A stretch of 64,000 bases of DNA. Source: Bacilli bacterium (GTDB lineage Bacteria; Bacillota_I; Bacilli_A; RF39; UBA660). The position numbers and the translations under genes are program-made. Location: NCBI GenBank assembly GCA_017409785.1, contig JAFQSD010000004.1:48663-112662 (forward strand), in the 5' to 3' direction. Below are positions 1 through 10,125 of the stretch, piece after piece (within the stretch, counting starts at the first letter, position 1; every line of letters begins with the position of its first letter). The notes beneath the pieces were generated by a model. It saw nothing but the letters and a program-made list of their open reading frames with translations. It was not told the DNA's origin and searched no databases.

Positions 1-863
1 CTTTATTAATTCTTTCTTCCACGCTTCTTATCTGGCAAGGCCATGTTAAATTAGTATTTGGAGATTTAGCCTTACATTCAAAACATTCCTTAAGTTCTGA
101 TAATGTAATTCTTTCATTACGTACAAAAGGCTGGGATAAAATATTTGAACTAATTAAGGCTTATGCCTTACATTTCTTTACGTTCAAAGATAATATAACA
201 AATATTTTTATGTTGATAATAAATGCAGTCTTACTATTATTTTCAGTTACAGAAAAAGATAAAAAAGAACGTAAAAATATTCTTTTATTAACAGGAACTA
301 TGGATATTTTATATTTAATATATTATGGAGTAATAGGAGGAATGTATCTTTTCTCTATGCCATGGGAAGAAGCAATCGTTTTTGCTGGATATGAAAGATA
401 CATGACGACAATAACTCTAATTATAATAGGTATAGTTTTATTATATCTACTAGGTTATAGTGAAAGAAAAAACAATTATAAATTATTAATGATTCCAAGT
501 ATTATATTAATGTTAATACCATTATTTATTTTTAAAGGTAATACTAATGCTCTAATGGGGCAAGATTGGTATCAAGGTACAAAAGTAAATAGATATGATA
601 TGATTTTAGAAGAGTACAATATTAAGAAAACAACAGCCACATATTATATTTATTCACCATCTTCTAAAGATGATTTTAGTTACTTACATTTTGTATCTAA
701 ATATAAATTAAATAGTGGTAACGTAGAAATGATTTATTCTAAAGAAGACTTAAATTTAACAAATCCAGGGATTTTAATATTCTTTGATGAAGATAAAGAA
801 TTAATGAAAGAAGCCAAAGAAAAAGGTTGGATTAATAAAACAGAATTAATATATGAAAAATAG
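1..863 (+). CDS. 5'-truncated membrane protein (polytopic N-terminal region plus soluble C-terminal domain); function unknown
   Basis: Frame 3 is open from the window edge (no stop from nt 3 to the ATG at 210), so the listed 210..863 ORF is probably the 3' part of a longer gene. It has hydrophobic segments and sits next to a glycan locus. Confidence 0.35.
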   Translation, partial: LLILSSTLLIWQGHVKLVFGDLALHSKHSLSSDNVILSLRTKGWDKIFELIKAYALHFFTFKDNITNIFMLIINAVLLLFSVTEKDKKERKNILLLTGTMDILYLIYYGVIGGMYLFSMPWEEAIVFAGYERYMTTITLIIIGIVLLYLLGYSERKNNYKLLMIPSIILMLIPLFIFKGNTNALMGQDWYQGTKVNRYDMILEEYNIKKTTATYYIYSPSSKDDFSYLHFVSKYKLNSGNVEMIYSKEDLNLTNPGILIFFDEDKELMKEAKEKGWINKTELIYEK

Positions 864-877
864 AAATAGGTGATAAA

Positions 878-2158
878 ATGCATAAATATATAAAAGAAAA
901 TATTAGTAAATTATTAACAATATTTATCCTATTACAACCAGTCTTAGACTTAATCACAGGAGTTTGTGTTAATTTATTAAATATTAATATTACATTAGGT
1001 ATAATAATAAGAATTCTATTTCTTGGATTATTAATGTATACAACAGTATTTATTTACAAGAAAAAGTTTTCTTTATATACATATTTGGCTTTAGCCATAT
1101 ATTCAATATTATATTTAATAGGTATTATAATTTATAAAGATGGAGTAGTATTCTATGAACTACAAGGATTATTAAAAGCTATATACTTTCCAATTGTATT
1201 AGTATCTTTATATGATTTAAAAGATGAATATCAAGTATCAAAACAAACTTTATTTAAAACATTATTTATTTACTTAGTATTAATATTAATTCCAAATGCT
1301 TTAGGTTTAGGATTTGAAAGTTATAAAATAACAAAATCCGGAAGTTTAGGATTCTTTAATGCAGCAAATGAAATAAGTGGAATTATTTCTTTATTAACAC
1401 CAATTATGTTTTTAATAATAAAAGATTTAAAAAATAAAATATTAAAAGTTGTTTATGTATTAATCTATTTAATTGTAATATTAACAATAGGAACAAAAAC
1501 TCCTTTATTAACTTTATTAATTACAATAGGATTTACATATCTTTATTATATGATTCATTGTATAAAGAAAAAAACATATAAACCATTAGCAATAACAGGT
1601 ATAGCAATAGTAGTTGCCTTAAGTAGTTTATTATTAATTCTTCCAAAAACAAACTTTTATAAAAATATAAAAGTTCACTTAGACTATTTAGAAGTTGATA
1701 ATGTTTTTGAAATATTTCAAGAATACGAATTAGTTGATCACTTCATTTTTAGTCAACGTCTAACATTTCTAGATAACAAAAGTATCGACTATATAGAATC
1801 ATCAACATATGAAAAAATCTTTGGTATAGGTTATACTGAAAAAGGAGAACAAACAAAACTAATAGAAATGGATTATTTTGATATCTTCTTTAGTCATGGT
1901 ATTGTAGGTGCCATAATTATAATAGGAATATATCTATATATTTTATATAAAGTTCTATCTACCGATAGAAAAATAGATTTTGAAAACTATATGGTAAAAT
2001 TAAGTATTTTCTTAATACTACTTTTATCATTCTTTACTGGACATATCATAACAGCCCCAGCTGTATCCATAATTGCTGTAATATTAATATTAGATAATAT
2101 GAAAGTTCCAAAATTAAAGAAAAAAGGCAAGAAGAAAAAAATAAAAGAGGTGATATAA
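878..2158 (+). CDS. O-antigen ligase/Wzy-like polytopic membrane protein
   Basis: 426 aa with about 10-12 hydrophobic helices and a large loop near the C-terminal third, the typical Wzy_C/O-antigen-ligase architecture. RBS ggtga precedes the ATG. It is embedded among glycosyltransferases. Confidence 0.5.
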   Translation: MHKYIKENISKLLTIFILLQPVLDLITGVCVNLLNINITLGIIIRILFLGLLMYTTVFIYKKKFSLYTYLALAIYSILYLIGIIIYKDGVVFYELQGLLKAIYFPIVLVSLYDLKDEYQVSKQTLFKTLFIYLVLILIPNALGLGFESYKITKSGSLGFFNAANEISGIISLLTPIMFLIIKDLKNKILKVVYVLIYLIVILTIGTKTPLLTLLITIGFTYLYYMIHCIKKKTYKPLAITGIAIVVALSSLLLILPKTNFYKNIKVHLDYLEVDNVFEIFQEYELVDHFIFSQRLTFLDNKSIDYIESSTYEKIFGIGYTEKGEQTKLIEMDYFDIFFSHGIVGAIIIIGIYLYILYKVLSTDRKIDFENYMVKLSIFLILLLSFFTGHIITAPAVSIIAVILILDNMKVPKLKKKGKKKKIKEVI

Positions 2159-3078
2159 TGCCAAAATTTAGTATTATCATTCCTGTCCATAATGTAGAAA
2201 AGTATTTAAAAAAATGCTTAGATAGCGTTATGAGCCAAACATATAAAAATTATGAAGTAATTGTTATTGATGATGGTTCAACTGATGATAGTAAAAAGAT
2301 TGCTAAAAAATATAAAGTAAATCTAATTGAAACAGAATTTGTTGGAGTAAGTGAAGCCAGAAATATGGCTATCAAAAAAGCTAAAGGTGATTACCTAGTA
2401 TTCTTAGATAGTGACGACTGGTGGGATGAAGAACTTTTAGAAAAACTAAATGAAAGTAGCGAAAATAATCCTGATTTAATTCGTTATCAAATGCGAACTG
2501 TAACTGATCAAGGAGAAATACATGATTATGAAGAGGAACCATTTGAAGGAAAAAAAGGAGAAGAAGCTTTCGAACTAGTAACTAAATTTCATTATGTAGA
2601 TGCAGCTTGCTGTTACGCTATAAAAAGAAGTTATTACGAAAAAGAAAACTTCAAATTTGCTAAAGGTAGAATTCACGAAGACTATGGCTTAATGCCATTA
2701 CTAATCATTAAAGCTAAAAAAGTAAATTGTCTTTCATATGTTGGATATAATTATTTCAGAAGAAGTGGAAGTATCATGACAAATGAAAATTATGATTGGA
2801 CAAAGAAAAAAGTAGAAGACTTTTTCTATCACTACAAATTTTTAATTAGTGAAATTAATAAAACAAAAGTTAATAGTAAATGTTTTAAAAGTTTTGCAGC
2901 TAACAGTATGATTTTAAAAATTTGTTCATTAAAAGGAAAAGATTATAAAAACTATAAAAAAGAGTTAAAAAAAGAAAAAGTATTTGATAATATTTTAACT
3001 GATACAACAGCAAGAAAAATAAAGAAAGTATTACTTCAAATATCACCAAAGTTATATTATAAAACTTTAGGAAAGTAG
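2158..3078 (+). CDS. family 2 glycosyltransferase (GT-A)
   Basis: N-terminal FSIIIPVHNVEKYL...YEVIVIDDGSTD and the DXD motif FLDSDD. Its start overlaps the upstream stop (TAATG). Confidence 0.8.
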   Translation: MPKFSIIIPVHNVEKYLKKCLDSVMSQTYKNYEVIVIDDGSTDDSKKIAKKYKVNLIETEFVGVSEARNMAIKKAKGDYLVFLDSDDWWDEELLEKLNESSENNPDLIRYQMRTVTDQGEIHDYEEEPFEGKKGEEAFELVTKFHYVDAACCYAIKRSYYEKENFKFAKGRIHEDYGLMPLLIIKAKKVNCLSYVGYNYFRRSGSIMTNENYDWTKKKVEDFFYHYKFLISEINKTKVNSKCFKSFAANSMILKICSLKGKDYKNYKKELKKEKVFDNILTDTTARKIKKVLLQISPKLYYKTLGK

Positions 3079-3086
3079 GTGCTAAA

Positions 3087-4043
3087 ATGGCAGATATAAG
3101 TATAATAGTTCCAATCTATAATGCAGAAAAATTTATAAAAAAATGTGTTGATTCATTACTAAACCAAACAAAGAAAGAATTAGAATTCATTTTAATTAAT
3201 GATGGTTCTACAGATAAGACTCATGATATTTTAAAAACATATAAAGATAAAAGAATAAAATATTTTAAAAATAAAAATCAAGGAATTGGTAAAACAAGAA
3301 ACTTTGGTATTGAAAAAGCAACTGGAAAATATATTATCTTTATCGATAGTGATGATTATATTGAACCAACAACATGTGAAGAACTATATAATAAAGCTAT
3401 TAAAGAAAAAGCTGACGTAGTAGTTTGTGATTTCTTTAAAGTCTATGATGATGGAAGTATTGAAGATATTAATCTACCAAGTTTTAAAACATCAAAATTA
3501 AAAGATAATCCAAATATTTTAATAGATATTAACTTATCTCCTTGGAATAAAATTTATAGTACAAAACTAATTAAAGATAATAATATTCGTTTTGCTGAAG
3601 GAATAAAATATGAAGATGTTCCATTTGTTTCAGAAGCTCTTGATAGAGCAAATAAAATAGCTAAACTAGATAAGAAATTAAATTATTATGTAATCCATGG
3701 TAATAGTGAAACAACAGTAAGAGATAAAAGAATCTTTGATATTCTAAAAATAGTTGATATGATTAGAAAGTATTTTAAAAATAAAACTTATATGAATGAT
3801 ATTGTAGATAAACTAACAGTTAGAATTGTAACTAATTATAATATCCAACAAAGACAACAAAAAGATATTAAAGTGGGTATGGAATTTATTGATGATGCTT
3901 TTGCTTATTTAAAGAAAGAAGTACCAGACTATAAAGATAATAAATACTATGAAAATAGAAGTTTTTTAAAACGAACAATTGAAAAAAATAAACTATTTTC
4001 AAAACTATATTGTCGTCTATATCACATGATTAAAAAATCATAA
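3087..4043 (+). CDS. family 2 glycosyltransferase (GT-A)
   Basis: ISIIVPIYNAEKFI...FILINDGSTD and the DXD motif FIDSDD. Confidence 0.8.
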   Translation: MADISIIVPIYNAEKFIKKCVDSLLNQTKKELEFILINDGSTDKTHDILKTYKDKRIKYFKNKNQGIGKTRNFGIEKATGKYIIFIDSDDYIEPTTCEELYNKAIKEKADVVVCDFFKVYDDGSIEDINLPSFKTSKLKDNPNILIDINLSPWNKIYSTKLIKDNNIRFAEGIKYEDVPFVSEALDRANKIAKLDKKLNYYVIHGNSETTVRDKRIFDILKIVDMIRKYFKNKTYMNDIVDKLTVRIVTNYNIQQRQQKDIKVGMEFIDDAFAYLKKEVPDYKDNKYYENRSFLKRTIEKNKLFSKLYCRLYHMIKKS

Positions 4044-4045
4044 GG

Positions 4046-4078
4046 TTATAAATTAAAATTTATAGCCTTTTTTTGTTG
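4046..4078 (+). terminator. rho-independent terminator (weak, G-U containing stem)
   Basis: ggttataaa/tttatagcc stem followed by a T7 run. Confidence 0.4.
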
Positions 4079-4202
4079 AAAAATAAGCCAAAAGTTTTAC
4101 AAACATTTTTAGATATGTTAAAATTAAATTGTCTATTATCGATAATTCGTACAAAGGTAAAACTAAGATAATAGTTTTAAATTAGGGAAAGAGGTAGAAA
4201 AA

Positions 4203-5210
4203 ATGAAAAAAGACATATTTAAAGACAAGGTATTATTAATTACAGGAGGTACAGGATCATTTGGTAATGCTGTTTTAAGAAGATTCTTAGACAGTAGTTT
4301 AAAAGAAATTAGAATTTTCTCAAGAGATGAAAAGAAACAAGAAGATATGAGAATTCAATATAATAATGAAAAATTAAAATTCTATATCGGAGATGTTAGA
4401 AACTATAGAAGTATTGAAGATGCAATGGATGGAGTAGACTATGTATTCCATGCAGCAGCGTTAAAACAAGTTCCATCATGTGAATTCTTTCCAATTCAAG
4501 CAGTTGAAACAAACATTTTAGGAACAAACAATGTATTAGAAGCAGCAATTAATCACAATGTTAAAAAAGTTATCGTACTAAGTACAGATAAAGCAGCATA
4601 TCCAATCAATGCTATGGGTATGAGTAAAGCATTAATGGAAAAAGTAGCTGTAGCAAAAGGTAGAAACCTAAGAGATGACCAAACAGTTATTTGTAGAACA
4701 AGATATGGAAATGTTATGGCATCACGTGGTTCAGTAATTCCACTATTCTGTGACCAAATTGCTCAAGGAAAACCGCTAACAATTACAAATCCAGAAATGA
4801 CAAGATTTATGATGACTTTAGAAGATGCTGTAGACTTAGTAATTTACGCATTTGAAAATGGTAATCAAGGAGACTTATTCGTACAAAAAGCACCAGCTGC
4901 TACAATTGATGTATTAGCTCAAGCAGTAAAAGAATTAAAAAATTCAGATGCTCCAATTCAACATATTGGTTCACGTCATGGTGAAAAACTATATGAAGTA
5001 TTAGTAACTAAAGAAGAAATGATTGGTGCAGAAGATTTAGGAGATTATTTCAGAATCCCTGCTGATAACAGAAACTTAAATTACGCTAAATATGAAAACA
5101 ACGGAGATAAAAAGCTAGATACAGTTGAAGAATATAATTCACACAATACTAAGAGATTAGATGTTGAAGGAATGAAAAAACTATTATTAAAATTAGATTT
5201 ATTTAAGTAG
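4203..5210 (+). CDS. fnlA: UDP-N-acetylglucosamine 4,6-dehydratase/5-epimerase (CapE/FnlA/WbjB family), first step to UDP-L-FucNAc
   Basis: LLITGGTGSFGNAVLRRFL extended-SDR Rossmann motif at the N-terminus; 335 aa; followed directly by FnlB and FnlC homologues. Confidence 0.8.
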   Translation: MKKDIFKDKVLLITGGTGSFGNAVLRRFLDSSLKEIRIFSRDEKKQEDMRIQYNNEKLKFYIGDVRNYRSIEDAMDGVDYVFHAAALKQVPSCEFFPIQAVETNILGTNNVLEAAINHNVKKVIVLSTDKAAYPINAMGMSKALMEKVAVAKGRNLRDDQTVICRTRYGNVMASRGSVIPLFCDQIAQGKPLTITNPEMTRFMMTLEDAVDLVIYAFENGNQGDLFVQKAPAATIDVLAQAVKELKNSDAPIQHIGSRHGEKLYEVLVTKEEMIGAEDLGDYFRIPADNRNLNYAKYENNGDKKLDTVEEYNSHNTKRLDVEGMKKLLLKLDLFK

Positions 5211-5217
5211 GTGAAAT

Positions 5218-6318
5218 ATGAAAGTACTAATTACTGGTTCTAATGGATTTATTGGAAAAAACTTAAGAACACATTTACAAGAAAAAGAAAATATTGAAAT
5301 CATCACTTATGATATTGATGATACATTTGAAAAGATTGAAAAAAATATTGATGACATTGAATTTATCTTCCATCTTGCTGGAGTAAATCGTCCTCAAACA
5401 CCAGAAGAGTTCTATCAAGGAAACTCTGATCTTACAAAGAAAATAGTAGATTTAATAAAAGATAAAAATATTCCATTATTAGTAACATCAACTATTCATG
5501 CAGATAAAGACAATGATTATGGAAAAAGCAAGAAAATTGCCGAAGAATATATTAAAGAAAATCTAAAGAATTATTATATTTATAGACTACATAATGTATT
5601 TGGAAAATGGTGTAGACCAAACTACAATTCTGTAGTTGCAACTTTCTGTCATAATATTGCAAATGATTTAGAAATTACAATTAATGATGAATCAACTGCT
5701 CTAGACTTAATTTATATTGATGATATTTGCTATGAATTCGAAAGATTATTAGCAGGTGAGAAACCTGGAGAAAAAGTAAAAGGAATTTGCTATATTAATC
5801 CACGTTACAATGTAACACTTGGATATATTGCAAAAAGATTATATGAATTCAAAGATAGTATGAATTCAATTTATGTTCCAAATACTGGGGATGACTTTAC
5901 TAAAAAGTTATATTCAACATATATTAGTTATTTACCAATGGAGAAAACTTATTGTTCAGCAACAAAGAATGTTGATGAAAGAGGAAGCTTTACAGAATTA
6001 GTAAGAACTAATGAATGTGGACAATTCTCAGTTTCATTTAGTAAACCAGGAATAGTAAGAGGAAATCACTATCACCATACAAAACTAGAAAGATTTATTG
6101 TTATTAAAGGAAAAGCAAAAATTGGTTTTAGAAGTGTAGTAGATGGATCATATTATGAATTTATCGTTGATGATTCAGACATCAAAGTAGTAACAATTCC
6201 AGTAGGATACACACACAATATTGAAAATATTGGTGATGACGAAATGATTTTAGCAATCTGGTGTAATGAATTATTTGATAAAGAAAAACCAGACACATAC
6301 TTTAAACCAGTAGCATAA
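5218..6318 (+). CDS. fnlB: Cap5F/FnlB/WbjC-type reductase (SDR N-domain plus cupin C-domain)
   Basis: N-terminal MKVLITGSNGFIGKNL Rossmann motif, about 366 aa, with a C-terminal His-rich cupin-like segment (GNHYHH). Position between the fnlA-like and 2-epimerase genes matches the cap5EFG/wbjBCD gene order. Confidence 0.7.
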   Translation: MKVLITGSNGFIGKNLRTHLQEKENIEIITYDIDDTFEKIEKNIDDIEFIFHLAGVNRPQTPEEFYQGNSDLTKKIVDLIKDKNIPLLVTSTIHADKDNDYGKSKKIAEEYIKENLKNYYIYRLHNVFGKWCRPNYNSVVATFCHNIANDLEITINDESTALDLIYIDDICYEFERLLAGEKPGEKVKGICYINPRYNVTLGYIAKRLYEFKDSMNSIYVPNTGDDFTKKLYSTYISYLPMEKTYCSATKNVDERGSFTELVRTNECGQFSVSFSKPGIVRGNHYHHTKLERFIVIKGKAKIGFRSVVDGSYYEFIVDDSDIKVVTIPVGYTHNIENIGDDEMILAIWCNELFDKEKPDTYFKPVA

Positions 6319-6339
6319 CAGTAAAAAAGGAGAATGAAC

Positions 6340-7461
6340 ATGGAAAAATTAAAAGTAATGGTTGTTGTAGGAACAAGACCAGAAATTATCAGATTATCAG
6401 AAGTAATCAAAGCAATTGATAAGTATTTTAATCTAGTATTAGTTCATACAGGACAAAACTATGATTATACACTTAATGAAATTTTCTTTAAAGAATTTGG
6501 TTTAAGAAAACCAGATTATTATCTAGATGCTCCTGGTAAGCATTTAGGAGAAACAGTAGGAAATATTATTTCTAAAACTTATGAAGTTATTCAACAAGAA
6601 AAACCAGATGCATTATTAGTATTAGGAGATACAAATAGTTGTTTAGCAGCATATTCTGCAAAAAGATTAAAAGTACCTATATTCCATATGGAAGCTGGTA
6701 ACAGATGTTTTGACTTTAATGTTCCAGAAGAAATTAATAGAAGAGTAGTTGATCATGTAAGTGATGTTAACTTAGCTTACACAGAAAATGCTAGACGTTA
6801 CTTAATTAATGAAGGAATTAAAAATGACTTCTTATATGTAACTGGTTCACCAATGAAAGAAGTTTTATTCAAGAATATGGATGGAATCAAAGCTTCAACT
6901 GCTTTAAAAGACTTAGGAATTGAAAAAGGAAAATACTTTGTAGTAAGTGCTCACAGAGAAGAAAATGTTGATATTCCTAAAAACTTCGAAAGTTTAATGA
7001 ATAGTTTAAATAAAGTTGCAGAAACATATCAAATGCCAATTATTTTCTCAACACATCCAAGAACTGCAAAGAGAATCAAGGAAAGTAAAATTAAACTTAA
7101 TCCATTAATCAGAAACTTAGAACCACTTGGATTCTTTGATTATGTAAATCTTCAAATGAATGCATATTGCGTACTTTCAGATAGTGGAACAATTCCAGAA
7201 GAAAGCGACATTTTAAACTTCCCTGGTATTTCAATGAGAACAAGTACTGAAAGACCAGAAGCATTAGATGCTGGAAGTATTGTACTAGGTGGTATTAATG
7301 AAAGAGACATTCTAAATGCAATTGAACTAGCAGTAAATGCTAAAGAAGAAAGATCAGAAAACCTAGTTAGAGATTATAAAGATACAAACGTATCACTAAA
7401 AGTAGTTAAAATCATTCAAAGCTACTATAATATCGTAAATATCAGAACATGGAAAAAATAA
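6340..7461 (+). CDS. fnlC: UDP-N-acetylglucosamine 2-epimerase (non-hydrolysing; Cap5G/FnlC/WecB family)
   Basis: VMVVVGTRPEIIRLSEVI and DSGTIPEE motifs. The start was moved to ATG 6340 because RBS AAGGAG sits 7 nt upstream. Confidence 0.75.
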   Translation: MEKLKVMVVVGTRPEIIRLSEVIKAIDKYFNLVLVHTGQNYDYTLNEIFFKEFGLRKPDYYLDAPGKHLGETVGNIISKTYEVIQQEKPDALLVLGDTNSCLAAYSAKRLKVPIFHMEAGNRCFDFNVPEEINRRVVDHVSDVNLAYTENARRYLINEGIKNDFLYVTGSPMKEVLFKNMDGIKASTALKDLGIEKGKYFVVSAHREENVDIPKNFESLMNSLNKVAETYQMPIIFSTHPRTAKRIKESKIKLNPLIRNLEPLGFFDYVNLQMNAYCVLSDSGTIPEESDILNFPGISMRTSTERPEALDAGSIVLGGINERDILNAIELAVNAKEERSENLVRDYKDTNVSLKVVKIIQSYYNIVNIRTWKK

Positions 7462-7484
7462 ATACTAAATAAGCGAGGTACATT

Positions 7485-8534
7485 ATGGGAAAATTAAAAG
7501 ACATTGCAAGAAAAATAAAAAATAAAGTATTTTATGCAAGTAAACAAGACTTAATAGATTCAAATAAACAATACCATGACTATATAAAACTATTAGAAAG
7601 AAAGTTATGGGAAAATAATGTAAATACTAATATTCTACTTTATGAATTACATCTTGCAAAAGGTATAAAAAAAGAAAATTTTAACCCTTTAGTTTCAATA
7701 ATAATACCTGTTTATAATGGAAGTAATTATTTAGAAGAAGCAATTAATTGTGCTTTAAACCAAACATATAAAAATATAGAAATCATAGTTGTAAATGATG
7801 GAAGTACAGATGATGGTAAAAGTAGAAGAATTGCTAAGAAATATTCTAAACAAATAAAATATTATGAGAAAGAAAATGGCGGAGTATCAACCGCCTTAAA
7901 CTATGGAATAAAAAAGATGACAGGCGATTATTTCGCCTGGCTTTCTCATGATGATTTAATCGAACCTAATCACATTGAAAAATTAGTAGAATATGTTTCT
8001 ATCAAAGGAAATGAAAAAACTATTCCATATTCAGCTTTCAAAATAATTGATGAAAATGATGTTATTAGAATTGATGAAACTATGTCAGCACAATTACATT
8101 GTTTTGACTACAAAACATCACTTTTAAAAAATGACTATACATTATTAAAAGGAGAAATAAATGGAGGAAGTGTTTTAATTCCAAAAGAAGCATTTGATAA
8201 ACATGGTTTATTTGCAGAAGACCAACGTATAACACAAGAAAGAGATATGTGGTCAAGACTAATTACAGAATATAAATTTGTATGTATTCCATATGATACT
8301 GCTATGATTAGAACACACTCTCAACAAGTAACAAATACTAATCCCAGAATAAAGATAGAATCTGATCAAAAAAATCTAGAAATTATCAAAGGAATTTCAG
8401 ATGAAAGAATAAAAAAACTAGAAATGAATAAACAATCATTTTATCAAGTTCTAAAAGCTCATTATAAAGAAAATTGTAATTATGAAATGGCTGAAGAAAT
8501 TCAAAAATTAATAGATGAAACAACTAACAATTAA
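7485..8534 (+). CDS. family 2 glycosyltransferase
   Basis: VSIIIPVYNGSNYL...IEIIVVNDGSTDD and KENGGVSTALNYGIKKMTGDYFAWLSHDD. It is a paralogue of the first domain of the 10126 gene. Confidence 0.75.
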   Translation: MGKLKDIARKIKNKVFYASKQDLIDSNKQYHDYIKLLERKLWENNVNTNILLYELHLAKGIKKENFNPLVSIIIPVYNGSNYLEEAINCALNQTYKNIEIIVVNDGSTDDGKSRRIAKKYSKQIKYYEKENGGVSTALNYGIKKMTGDYFAWLSHDDLIEPNHIEKLVEYVSIKGNEKTIPYSAFKIIDENDVIRIDETMSAQLHCFDYKTSLLKNDYTLLKGEINGGSVLIPKEAFDKHGLFAEDQRITQERDMWSRLITEYKFVCIPYDTAMIRTHSQQVTNTNPRIKIESDQKNLEIIKGISDERIKKLEMNKQSFYQVLKAHYKENCNYEMAEEIQKLIDETTNN

Positions 8535-8548
8535 ATGGAGGGTTTGAC

Positions 8549-10117
8549 ATGAAAAAAATCAAGGTTCTTGAAGTAAATAACTACGACTTACCTGGAAAAA
8601 GATTTAATGGTTATGATATGATTCAAGATATTGCTGATGAGAATATTGATATAAAACAAGCAGTAATATATAAAGAATCAGATAATAAAAATGTCGTTAA
8701 AATTTTAAATAATCAGAATCATTACATTACTTATGAAACACTTGAAAGTGTTGAAAGAGAACAAGCAATTCATAATGTATTCTCAATTACAACACCATTA
8801 CTACATACAATGAAAGAATATCAAGAAGCAGATATCATTCATTTTCATATGTTTCATAATACAAAGTTATCAATATATGGATTAAAGAAAATTGCTTCAG
8901 AAAAGAAAGTTATTTTATCGATTCATGATCCATGGTTTTTAACAGGACGTTGTGTTCATTTTTATGAATGCAACAAATGGCAAAAAGGTTGTCAAAACTG
9001 CCATAATCTAAATAATATGTTTCCACTATTAAAAGATAATTGTTCCTCACTTTGGAACTTAAAAAAACAAACATTTGCTGATATAGATGTTGACTTAGTA
9101 TGCTCTAGTGATTGGATGCTAGATATGGTTAAATCTTCACCTATATTAAAAAATCAAACTAATCATAAAATTCCTCTAGGAATTGATTATAAAAAATTCT
9201 CATCAATTTCATATAAAGATGCAAGAAAAAAACTAGGTATTGAAGATGAAGAAATAGTTCTATTCTTCAGAGCGCAAAATGAATTTAAAGGAACCCCATA
9301 TATTGTAGAAGCAATGAAAATGCTAAATACAAAAAAGAAGATCACATTAATGACTTGTGATAATGAGGGATTAATAAATGATTTAGAAGGTAAATATAAA
9401 ATCATTGAATTAGGAAAACTAAAAGATAAAGAAATGATTTGTGCTATGAATGCCTGTGATATTTTCTTAATGCCTTCAATAGGAGAAAGTTTTGGTATGA
9501 TGGCTATTGAAGCTATGTCATGTGCTAAACCAGTAATTGTTTTTAATAATTCAGCATTACCTTCAGTAACACATGCACCAAAGTGTGGATATCTTGTAAA
9601 TGATAAAGATTCAACTGATTTAATGAAAGCCATTAAGTATTTATCAGAAAATGAAAAAGAAAGATTATCTCGTGGTAAGTTAGGTCAAAAAATTGTAAAA
9701 GAAGAATATGACATCAACGAGTATAATTCTAAAATAAAAGATTTATATATATCAGTTTCAAAAAGAAAACATAAAGTACCAGAACTACAAAAACTAACTG
9801 AGAATGATAATACAAATAAATTAAAAGCATACTTAAATAAATTAACAATCAGATTATTTGGTAATAATAAAAAAATAACAAAAGGTTTGCTTTATCAAAT
9901 TGATAAAACAAAATTAGATAAAGAACCAATCAAATATGATGATATAAATGTTCATATAATTCTAGAAGACTATATGACTAAATTAGAAAAAATAATAAAT
10001 ACAGAAAAAAACATCGTAAAGAGTAATAGCAAACTTAGAAGAATCGTCTTCTATCTAATACATGATAAACAAGCATTATTAGATAAGTTTTCACAAAGAT
10101 TTAAGAAGAAAGATTGA
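8549..10117 (+). CDS. GT-B fold glycosyltransferase (GT4-like)
   Basis: C-terminal EX7E-type motif IGESFGMMAIEAMSCAKPVIVFN, 522 aa. It also has an unusual Cys cluster, CVHFYECNKWQKGCQNCH. Confidence 0.65.
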   Translation: MKKIKVLEVNNYDLPGKRFNGYDMIQDIADENIDIKQAVIYKESDNKNVVKILNNQNHYITYETLESVEREQAIHNVFSITTPLLHTMKEYQEADIIHFHMFHNTKLSIYGLKKIASEKKVILSIHDPWFLTGRCVHFYECNKWQKGCQNCHNLNNMFPLLKDNCSSLWNLKKQTFADIDVDLVCSSDWMLDMVKSSPILKNQTNHKIPLGIDYKKFSSISYKDARKKLGIEDEEIVLFFRAQNEFKGTPYIVEAMKMLNTKKKITLMTCDNEGLINDLEGKYKIIELGKLKDKEMICAMNACDIFLMPSIGESFGMMAIEAMSCAKPVIVFNNSALPSVTHAPKCGYLVNDKDSTDLMKAIKYLSENEKERLSRGKLGQKIVKEEYDINEYNSKIKDLYISVSKRKHKVPELQKLTENDNTNKLKAYLNKLTIRLFGNNKKITKGLLYQIDKTKLDKEPIKYDDINVHIILEDYMTKLEKIINTEKNIVKSNSKLRRIVFYLIHDKQALLDKFSQRFKKKD

Positions 10118-10125
10118 GGTAAAGT

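Noticed and set aside
9187-9633. 148-aa ORF on the - strand inside the GT4 glycosyltransferase gene, and the many other 60-180-aa antisense ORFs in the track (for example 1987-2190, 6153-6410, 13211-13576, 20806-21354, 48468-48776, 60945-61304)
   Set aside because: They are fully embedded antisense in well-supported CDSs, have low-complexity composition typical of AT-rich antisense frames, and have no RBS.
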